Positions 28,306 to 35,234 of a stretch of 64,000 nucleotides of DNA are shown piece after piece. This stretch comes from Polyangium spumosum (lineage in GTDB: Bacteria > Myxococcota_A > Polyangia > Polyangiales > Polyangiaceae): the NCBI RefSeq assembly GCF_009649845.1, contig NZ_WJIE01000009.1, positions 96,685 through 160,684 on the forward strand. The letters run 5' to 3'. Under the pieces are notes generated by a model. The model was not told where the DNA came from and made no database searches. It was given only the letters and a program-made list of their open reading frames with translations. Made by a program: the position numbers and the translations under genes. Each line of letters starts with the position of its first letter. Position 1 is the stretch's first letter.

Positions 28306-29324
28306 AGGCCTGGCTCTTCGACGAGGGGCACGCCTTCGATTTTTATCAGGCCGTCTCCCTCCTCGAGCGCTGGCGCGAGGGCGACGCCGTCCCCGTCGGC
28401 GAGGGCTCCGATCCTTCACGCGAGGCCGTGCGGTTCTCGTCGAGCATCGCGCTCTCCTTCCCCGAGACCGACGTCGCGAAGATTCGCCCGCCGCACCGCG
28501 AGGGCCAGCCGGCGAAGATGCTCGTCAACTTCCTCGGCCTCGGCGGCGCCCTCGGCCCTCTGCCGCCGCCCATCGTCGAGTCGATCTTCATGCGCGCCGT
28601 CCGCGGCGACACCGCGGCGCGTGATTTCCTCGACATCTTCAATCACCGCCTCGTCTCCTTCGCTTATCGGATCCGCAAGGGCCACCGCGTCGGCCTCGGC
28701 GCCTCCTCGCCCGAGAAAGACGCCGCGGCGCGGCACCTCTTTTCGCTGCTCGGGCTCGGCTTTCGCGCGCTCGAAGGCCGCCTCGCGGTCCAGGATCGCG
28801 CCCTGCTCGAGCACGCGGCGAACCTCTCGAGCGAGAGGCGCTCGCTCGAGGGCCTCGTGGCCATCCTCCGCCGCCATTTTGGCGTCTCGATCGAGCCCAT
28901 CCCGCTCACCGGGGCGTTTCATCCCATCGAGGACGGTGATCGTACTGCGATCGGCCGCTCCGGCCAGAACCGCGCCCTCGGCCGCGACGCCTGCCTCGGG
29001 GGGCGCTTCTGGGATCAGGAGTCGACCTTCGACCTGCGCATCGGGCCGATGAAGCTCGACGAATTCCTTCGATTCCTCCCGGGCGGCGACGCGCTCGCGC
29101 CGCTCTGCTCCCTCGTGCGGTTTTATGCTGGCGCCCGATTCCACTTCGGCCTCGTCCTCGTGCTCGCCGAGGGCGAGGCGCCGCGGGCGGCGCTTGGTCG
29201 CCCTGGGCGCGCGCTCCTCGGCCAGATCGCGTGGCTCGGCGACGTGGGCAAGGTGGGCAGGAGGGACCGCGAGGTGCGTTTGTCCCGTGCGGCCATTCGG
29301 AAGGGGCTCGGGGAGGCTGGCTGA
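28269..29324 (+). CDS. tssG: type VI secretion baseplate protein TssG
   Basis: ATG at 28269, in frame with the 3' part of tracked ORF 26763..29324 (MAAHGWRKSPSVEAWLFDEGHAFDFYQAVSLLER...). TssG-like; overlaps tssF by 37 nt. The 5' 1.5 kb of that tracked ORF is an off-frame artefact inside tssF. Confidence 0.85.
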   Translation: MAAHGWRKSPSVEAWLFDEGHAFDFYQAVSLLERWREGDAVPVGEGSDPSREAVRFSSSIALSFPETDVAKIRPPHREGQPAKMLVNFLGLGGALGPLPPPIVESIFMRAVRGDTAARDFLDIFNHRLVSFAYRIRKGHRVGLGASSPEKDAAARHLFSLLGLGFRALEGRLAVQDRALLEHAANLSSERRSLEGLVAILRRHFGVSIEPIPLTGAFHPIEDGDRTAIGRSGQNRALGRDACLGGRFWDQESTFDLRIGPMKLDEFLRFLPGGDALAPLCSLVRFYAGARFHFGLVLVLAEGEAPRAALGRPGRALLGQIAWLGDVGKVGRRDREVRLSRAAIRKGLGEAG

Positions 29325-29377
29325 GGCTTGTCAACCGAGCGTGTGCCGGGATATCGTTCGACTGAGGCTTTTTTCGC

Positions 29378-32300
29378 ATGACGACCGAAGACCAGAGCCA
29401 GGGCGCCACGGAGAGCATTCCGAGCAAGCTCGGGAAGTTCGCGCAGGAGCAGATCGACAAGGCCGAGGTCACGGTCACGAAGGGCGTCTCCACCGTCCGC
29501 GACTCCACGAACGGGATCATCGGCAAGGCCGAAGAGCAGATCCTCAAGCTCAACAAGGCCCTCTACGAGACCAAAAACGGCATCTCCTCCGGCATCGACA
29601 CGGCGATCAAGGAGACCGAAGGGCAGCTCAAGGGCATCACGCCCGAGCTCAAGAAGATGGGCGAGGACGCCATCGCGTCCGCGAAGTCGAAGCTCGACGG
29701 GCTCGTCGGCGAGGTCGAGGGCAAACTCGAATCGCAGAAGGACTCGCTCGTCACGACGGCGAAGGATCAGATCCAGAGCGCGGCCGACGCGGCGAAGGGC
29801 AAGATCGACGAGATCGGAGAGCTCGGCGAGGAGCAGGCGACGAAGGTCCTCGACGCGGTGAAGGCGCAGGCCGACACGGTCGAGCAGAAGCTCGGGGACA
29901 TCGCGGGCGAGATCGACGGCAAGATCGAGGCGATCGGCGACGACGTCCGGAGCAAGTTCGAGGCGGCGATCGCGAAGGTTCCCGATCACGACGGCGCCAA
30001 GGCCGAGATGTCGGCGAACATCGACGCCGTCGTGGGCGAGCTACGCGAGGCCACGAAGGGCTCGATCGATCAGGCGCGCGAGACGCTGAAGAGCCTCGTC
30101 CAGCAGACCGACGACACGATCAAGCAGACGATCGGCGACGTGCGGCGCGCGATCGGCGAGGTCCCGACCCGCATCAACCAGTGCGCGCAGGACATCCTCG
30201 CGAAGGTCGACGACGCCATCCAGAAGACGATCGACGAGATCGCGAACCTCGCGCGTGGTCTCGTCGCGCGCACGGCGGAGCTGCTCAACGAGGCGCTGCT
30301 CACGATCACGAGCACGATCGACAAACTGCTCGCCGACGGCTTCGCGCTCGTGCGGGGGATCAAGGCCGACCTCGATCGGCTGCTCGACCAACTGCTCGAG
30401 CAGATCCGCGACCTGACGCTCGGCACGCTCGAGGACGTGCGCAAGGCGGCGAACGAGCTTCTCGGCACGTTCGAGGCCGAATGCAAGAAGATCCTCCAGA
30501 CGATGGAGGACTCGGTCATCGTCTCGGTCGAGGAGCTCGGCGGCAAGATGAACGCCTCGATCAAGGCGCTCCAGGCCGACTTGAACCTCGAGGCGGACAA
30601 GATCGTCCGGGACCTCGTGGCGGAGGGCGCGAAGGGGCACGACGACGCGCTCGCGGACTTCATCAGCGCCGGTTATGAAGAGGACACCTCGGTCATCCCC
30701 AAGATCCGGGCCAAGGGCGAGGCTGCGATCAAGCAGATCGAGGCCAAGACCAAGGCGCAAGGGGAGAAGCTGATCAAGGACTTCGAGCTGCAAGCGACGC
30801 TCTTGAAGCCGAAGATCCAGGCGCAGGGCATCAAGGTCATCGCGCAGATCGCCGCGCTCGGACCGAAGCTCGCGATGCAGGCCATGCAGATCGCGACGAG
30901 CATCGCGTCGTCGATCAAGGACAAGGGCGAGGCGGTCAAGAAGACGTTCGAGGAGCTGCAATCGACGCTCGTCGACGCGATCACGAAGAAGATCCCCGAT
31001 TACCTCGAGAGCTGCAAGAAGCAGATCAAGGCCGCGGCGGACGCGCTCGTCGAGGCGGGCAAGACGTTCTACGAGAAGACGCTCGCCGACATCATGGGGG
31101 CGATCAAGGCGGCGGAGCAGCGGTTCAAGCAGCTCGCCTCCGAGATGAAGGACCTCATCGAGACGCAGGTGCTCGAGCTCGTGGCCTCCATTCGCCGGAC
31201 GGTGGAGACCTCGATCCAGCGCTTCAAGGACCTCGGCGCGGCGTTCGAGGACAAGACGAACGCGCTCGTGAACGACATCCCGGCGCGGATCCTCAAGCTG
31301 GAGCAGGTCGCGCGGACGGCGGTCGAGAGTCAGATCGCGCTCGCGCAGGGGCTCGCGAATGCGACGAAGGAGGACATCCTCCTCAAGGCGCGGACGGCGC
31401 TCGCGGAGATCAAGAAGGCGGCGTACGGGGTCACGGCGGGCATTTCGGGTGATCTGGGCGCATTGAAGGGGACGCTCGCCGCGATCGTGCCGGCGGGCGG
31501 GGGGCTCGACGCGGCGGGGGCGATCAACCTCGTGGTCTCGGGCGGGCTCGAGCAGATGGTCACGTCGGCGGCGAACGCGGCGTCCGCGGCGGTGACGGCG
31601 GGCGTGAACGCGGCCGAGGCCGTGAACAACGCGGCGGAGCAGGCGGCGGCCGCGATGGGGGCGGCGGGGTTCGAGGGCGCCTCGAAGGCATTGACGGACG
31701 TGCTGAACCAGCAAATGGGGGAGGTGCGGACGGAGGGCGAGAAGGCGAAAAACGTCATCGCCGCGGCGAAGGAGAAGACGATGGCGGTCGCCAAGGAGGC
31801 GAACGACGCGTGCTCCGAGGCGGCGGCGGCGGCGCAGGCCGAGGCGGCGAAGGTCGTGGAGGCCGCGCAATCGACGGGCGACGCGATCAAGGCCTCGGCG
31901 GACAACCTGACGAAGAGCCTCGAGAAGGCGAAGGAGATCGTCAAGGACGCCGGCAAGACCGCGATGCAATCGATGAAGGAGGCCCAGGACGCGCGCAAGG
32001 GCGGCGACGGCGCGCAGGCCGGCGCGGGGGCACAAGCCGGGGCGGCGGCAGGCGCGGACGCGGGTGGGGCGGACGCGGCGGCGGACGCGGGTGGCGCGGA
32101 GGCGGCGGCGGACGCGGGCGGGGCGGAGGCGGCGGCGGATGCGGGTGGCGCGGAAGCTCCGGCGGCGGAGGCGGCGGCTCCCGAGGCAGCGGCTCCCGAG
32201 GCCAAGGCAGAGGTTCCGGGCGCCAAGGCAGAGGTTCCGGGCGCCAAGGCAGAGGTTCCGGGCGCCTCGAAACCGGAAGCGGGCGCCGATGTAGCGGCGC

Positions 32301-33091
32301 CGGCCGTCCCGAAGGCGCCTCCGGGCGCCAAGGTGCCGGAAGCGGCCGCCAAGGTACCGGAAGCGGGCGCCAAGGTACCGGAAGCGGGCGCCAAGGTACC
32401 GGAAGCGGGCGCCGGTGTAGCGGCGCCGGCCGTCCCGAAGGCGCCTCCGGCCGCCAAGGTACCGGAAGCGGCTGCCAAGGTACCGGAAGCGGGCGCCAAG
32501 GTACCGGAAGCGGGCGCCGGTGTAGCGGCGCCGGCCGTCCCGAAGGCGCCTCCGGCTGCCAAGGTACCGGAAGCGGCCGCCAAGGTACCGGAAGCGGCTG
32601 CCAAGGTACCGGAAGCGGCTGCCAAGGTACCGGAAGCGGGCGCCAAGGTACCGGAAGCGGCTGCCAAGGTACCGGAAGCGGGCGCCGATGTAGCGGCGCC
32701 GGCCGTCCCGAAGGCGCCTCCGGCCGCCAAGGTACCGGAAGCGGGCGCCAAGGTACCGGAAGCAGCCGCCCCTGCGGCGGCGCCGGCCGTCCCGAAGGCG
32801 CCTCCGGCCGCCAAGGTGCCGGAAGCGGCCGCCAAGGCAGCGGTCCCGGGCGCCCCGGCGGCCGCCCCGAAGGCCCCCGAACCCCCGGCCGCGCCGGCCG
32901 ACGCCGCGCTCTTCGCCCCGAAGGCCGCGCCCGCGGCGCCCAAACCCCCGGCCGCGCCCGCGCCGCCCGCCGCTCCTTCCATGCCCGGCGCCGCGAAACC
33001 TCCCGCCGCGCCCGCCGCGCCCGCCGCCCCCAAGCCCGTCCTCCCCGGCGGCGGCAAATGGCCCGGCCCCGGCGGCAAGCCCGGCCCCTGA
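29378..33091 (+). CDS. large (1237 aa) Lys/Glu/Ala/Ile-rich all-helical protein of unknown function with C-terminal AKVPEA(A/G) tandem repeats and a Pro/Ala-rich tail; T6SS-operon-associated
   Basis: Starts 54 nt after the tssG stop on the same strand. About 900 aa of amphipathic-helix/coiled-coil-like sequence. Then about 25 perfect 8-aa repeats. Composition is atypical for this genome (high Lys/Ile). Confidence 0.75.
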   Translation: MTTEDQSQGATESIPSKLGKFAQEQIDKAEVTVTKGVSTVRDSTNGIIGKAEEQILKLNKALYETKNGISSGIDTAIKETEGQLKGITPELKKMGEDAIASAKSKLDGLVGEVEGKLESQKDSLVTTAKDQIQSAADAAKGKIDEIGELGEEQATKVLDAVKAQADTVEQKLGDIAGEIDGKIEAIGDDVRSKFEAAIAKVPDHDGAKAEMSANIDAVVGELREATKGSIDQARETLKSLVQQTDDTIKQTIGDVRRAIGEVPTRINQCAQDILAKVDDAIQKTIDEIANLARGLVARTAELLNEALLTITSTIDKLLADGFALVRGIKADLDRLLDQLLEQIRDLTLGTLEDVRKAANELLGTFEAECKKILQTMEDSVIVSVEELGGKMNASIKALQADLNLEADKIVRDLVAEGAKGHDDALADFISAGYEEDTSVIPKIRAKGEAAIKQIEAKTKAQGEKLIKDFELQATLLKPKIQAQGIKVIAQIAALGPKLAMQAMQIATSIASSIKDKGEAVKKTFEELQSTLVDAITKKIPDYLESCKKQIKAAADALVEAGKTFYEKTLADIMGAIKAAEQRFKQLASEMKDLIETQVLELVASIRRTVETSIQRFKDLGAAFEDKTNALVNDIPARILKLEQVARTAVESQIALAQGLANATKEDILLKARTALAEIKKAAYGVTAGISGDLGALKGTLAAIVPAGGGLDAAGAINLVVSGGLEQMVTSAANAASAAVTAGVNAAEAVNNAAEQAAAAMGAAGFEGASKALTDVLNQQMGEVRTEGEKAKNVIAAAKEKTMAVAKEANDACSEAAAAAQAEAAKVVEAAQSTGDAIKASADNLTKSLEKAKEIVKDAGKTAMQSMKEAQDARKGGDGAQAGAGAQAGAAAGADAGGADAAADAGGAEAAADAGGAEAAADAGGAEAPAAEAAAPEAAAPEAKAEVPGAKAEVPGAKAEVPGASKPEAGADVAAPAVPKAPPGAKVPEAAAKVPEAGAKVPEAGAKVPEAGAGVAAPAVPKAPPAAKVPEAAAKVPEAGAKVPEAGAGVAAPAVPKAPPAAKVPEAAAKVPEAAAKVPEAAAKVPEAGAKVPEAAAKVPEAGADVAAPAVPKAPPAAKVPEAGAKVPEAAAPAAAPAVPKAPPAAKVPEAAAKAAVPGAPAAAPKAPEPPAAPADAALFAPKAAPAAPKPPAAPAPPAAPSMPGAAKPPAAPAAPAAPKPVLPGGGKWPGPGGKPGP
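32200..32840 (+). repeat. intragenic perfect 24-bp tandem repeats (GCCAAGGTACCGGAAGCGGGCGCC...; about 25 copies, encoding AKVPEAGA/AKVPEAAA)
   Basis: Visible directly in the DNA; interspersed GVAAPAVPKAPPAAKVPEA variants. Likely copy-number variable. Confidence 0.85.
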
Positions 33092-33174
33092 CGCGACGAG
33101 CGCGAGGGCACGACTTCCACGTTTCTCGAAGAAGCCCCTTGCGGACTTAGTTCGAGGATGTTAGAAGTAGGCCC

Positions 33175-33501
33175 GTGACCTCGAAGCTGGATCGTCACGC
33201 GCAGCAGCTCAGCGCGCTTGGCCATCCCGTTCGCCTTCAGATCCTGCGCTTCGTCGTGCAGGGGGGCGAAGGGGGGACGTCGGCGGGCGAGATCCAGGCG
33301 CATGTCGATCTGCCGGCGTCGACCTTGAGCCATCACCTGAAGCGGCTCGTCGAGGCGGGCCTGTTCACGACCCGCCTCGAAGGCACATTTCACTACTACG
33401 CCGCCGATTACGCGGCGCTCCTGGCCCTCACGGGTTACCTCTGGGAAGACTGCTGCAATCGTGGCAAAGGCGGCAAAGTCGTGAAGAGCGGCTGCTGCTG
33501 A
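33175..33501 (+). CDS. ArsR/SmtB-family metalloregulatory transcriptional repressor
   Basis: HTH region (LSALGHPVRLQILRFV...ASTLSHHLKRLVEAGL). Cys-rich C-terminus (CCNRG...SGCC), consistent with metal sensing. Confidence 0.85.
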   Translation: MTSKLDRHAQQLSALGHPVRLQILRFVVQGGEGGTSAGEIQAHVDLPASTLSHHLKRLVEAGLFTTRLEGTFHYYAADYAALLALTGYLWEDCCNRGKGGKVVKSGCC

Positions 33502-33566
33502 ACGGCCGCTTTTTTTGGGCCCCAAGGTTCGAGTTTTTTGGAAGCAAGAAGAAAAGGAGACTCCCC

Positions 33567-34070
33567 ATGAACGTCCTCAAGCCCCACGTGTCCCTGAACG
33601 TCACCAACATCGAGCAATCCGTGGCCTTTTACGAGAAGGCGTTCGGCGTCGCGGCGACGAAGCGGCGGGCCGGATATGCGAAATTCGATCTGCAGGTCCC
33701 CTCGCTCAACCTGACGATGCAGGAGGCCCCTCGCACGGGGATCAACGTCAGCCATTTCGGCGTGCAGGTCGCGAGCACCGAGGATGTCCTCGAAGCCAAG
33801 GCCCGCTTCGAGGCCCAGGGGCTGAAGACCCTCACGGAGGAGGAGACGTCTTGCTGCTACGCCGTGCAGGACAAGGTGTGGGTCGAGGATCCGGACGGCA
33901 ATTCGTGGGAGGTGTTCGTCGTGAAGGCGGACGCCGACGTGATGGGGACGTCCACGGCGCTGAACAAAGACGCGAGCGCGTGCTGCACGCCCGTCGGCCT
34001 CTCGGAGAAAAGCGAAGTGAAGAGCGAGGTCAAGCCGACGGCGTCGTCCTGCTGCGGCCCGAAGACCTGA
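33567..34070 (+). CDS. ArsI/CadI-family metalloenzyme (glyoxalase/VOC fold; C-As lyase or Cd-induced type)
   Basis: Strong resemblance to ArsI/CadI (LNVTNIEQSVAFYEKAFG...YAKF...SLNLTMQE...HFGVQVASTEDV...CCYAVQDKVWVEDPDGNSWEVF) with a C-terminal Cys-pair tail. Confidence 0.85.
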   Translation: MNVLKPHVSLNVTNIEQSVAFYEKAFGVAATKRRAGYAKFDLQVPSLNLTMQEAPRTGINVSHFGVQVASTEDVLEAKARFEAQGLKTLTEEETSCCYAVQDKVWVEDPDGNSWEVFVVKADADVMGTSTALNKDASACCTPVGLSEKSEVKSEVKPTASSCCGPKT

Positions 34071-34073
34071 GGC

Positions 34074-34463
34074 TCAAGGCACCTGCACGGTGACCTGCCC
34101 CGGGAACGAGATCTGAATCACCCCGCCCCACATACACATCAGCTTCGAGCTGTTGTTCAGCGCGGGCATGTTCGCCAGTAACACCGTCGGAGCACCCACG
34201 ATCCACGGCGCCGGCGTGTTCGGGATACACGGCATCGGCGTGAGCACCCCCATCGCCGCCGCCGTCGCCGCGGCCACCGTCGGGTTCGCCAGGCTCTGAC
34301 ACATCCCGAACGGCAGCACGTTCAGCATCGGCTTGCCGTCCATGATGTTCGCGAGTGGCCCCGGGGCGGTCATCGTCCGGTTTGCGGGCAGCACCGTGAG
34401 CGAGCTCGGCGCCACGCCGAAGCTGCATTGCATCATCGCCCCCATGCATACGTGCTGGCCCAT
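34074..34463 (-). CDS. DUF4280-family protein (PAAR-like T6SS spike-tip candidate)
   Basis: Internal Met start at 34463 (MGQHVCMGAMMQCSFGVAPSSLTVLPANR...TPMPCIPNTPAPWIVGAPTVLLANMPALNNSSKLMCMWGGVIQI), characteristic of DUF4280. Its start codon abuts the stop of the upstream MORN gene (ATG...TGA junction). The tracked ORF's first 27 codons are rejected. Confidence 0.8.
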   Translation of the reverse strand: MGQHVCMGAMMQCSFGVAPSSLTVLPANRTMTAPGPLANIMDGKPMLNVLPFGMCQSLANPTVAAATAAAMGVLTPMPCIPNTPAPWIVGAPTVLLANMPALNNSSKLMCMWGGVIQISFPGQVTVQVP

Positions 34464-34465
34464 CG

Positions 34466-35221
34466 TCAGCCTCCCGCGAGTTTGTTCACGATCTTGTCGA
34501 AGAAGGACGTCTCCTTCTCCTCGGACTTCGACTTCGGGAGGCACTTGTCGTCGTACTCGACCTCGCCGCGCTTCTCGCCGTCCTTGTACGTCGCCTTCGC
34601 CTTGAGCTTGCCGTTCACGTCGTAGCTGAAGGTGTCGCCTTGTTTCTTGCCGTCGTCGTAGGTGGCCCGCTCGCGCACCTCGCCGTCCGGGAAGTATTCG
34701 ATCACCTCCCCGTGCAGCTTGTCCGCCTTGTAGTGCGCTTTCCGCAGCGTATTGCCCTTGCCGTCGAGGAAAAGCGACTCCCCCTCGAGCTTGCCGTTCT
34801 TGTAGAACGAACGTACGACCTCGCCCCCCTGCTCGTCGAACGATTGAAACGGTCCGTTTTGCTTGCCCTTCTCGAAGAGCAACAACGTCCGCAGGCGCCC
34901 GTCCTCGTAGAGCCGCGTCGGCCCGTGTTGCTCGCCCTTCACGAACGTGACGACCTGCGAGAGCTTGCCGTTCTCGTCGAAGAGCTTCGTCTCGCCGTGC
35001 AGGAGGCCGTCCTCGAACGACGAGCGCTCGACCTCGCGCCCCTCCGGGTCGTACGTGATCGACAAACCGTGGAGTTTTCCCTTCTGATAACTCGCCCGGT
35101 GCGCGATCTGTTTTTCGGTCTCCCCGTACTGGACGAACTCGCCGTGCAGCGCGCCGTCTTCCATCTGGAACCGGGTGAGCAGCTTGCCGTTCTCGTCGCG
35201 CTCTTCGTGGTCGGTCGGCAT
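34466..35221 (-). CDS. MORN-variant (YwqK-like) repeat protein
   Basis: About 10 repeats of YxDGKLxGExxxYDENGKL, typical of the MORN_2/YwqK family. Between vgrG and the DUF4280 gene on the same strand. Confidence 0.8.
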   Translation of the reverse strand: MPTDHEERDENGKLLTRFQMEDGALHGEFVQYGETEKQIAHRASYQKGKLHGLSITYDPEGREVERSSFEDGLLHGETKLFDENGKLSQVVTFVKGEQHGPTRLYEDGRLRTLLLFEKGKQNGPFQSFDEQGGEVVRSFYKNGKLEGESLFLDGKGNTLRKAHYKADKLHGEVIEYFPDGEVRERATYDDGKKQGDTFSYDVNGKLKAKATYKDGEKRGEVEYDDKCLPKSKSEEKETSFFDKIVNKLAGG

Positions 35222-35234
35222 GAATGGCCTCGCC

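Noticed and set aside
26242-28419. 725-aa minus ORF and the 5' part of + ORF 26763..29324
   Set aside because: Antisense or off-frame within tssF. Only the 3' segment from 28269 (tssG) is real.
30041-33525. Minus ORFs 30041..32035 (664 aa) and 31330..33525 (731 aa); + ORF 31810..33150
   Set aside because: Antisense or off-frame reads through the repeat-rich helical protein gene; compositionally degenerate (R/G/L or A/G/S runs).
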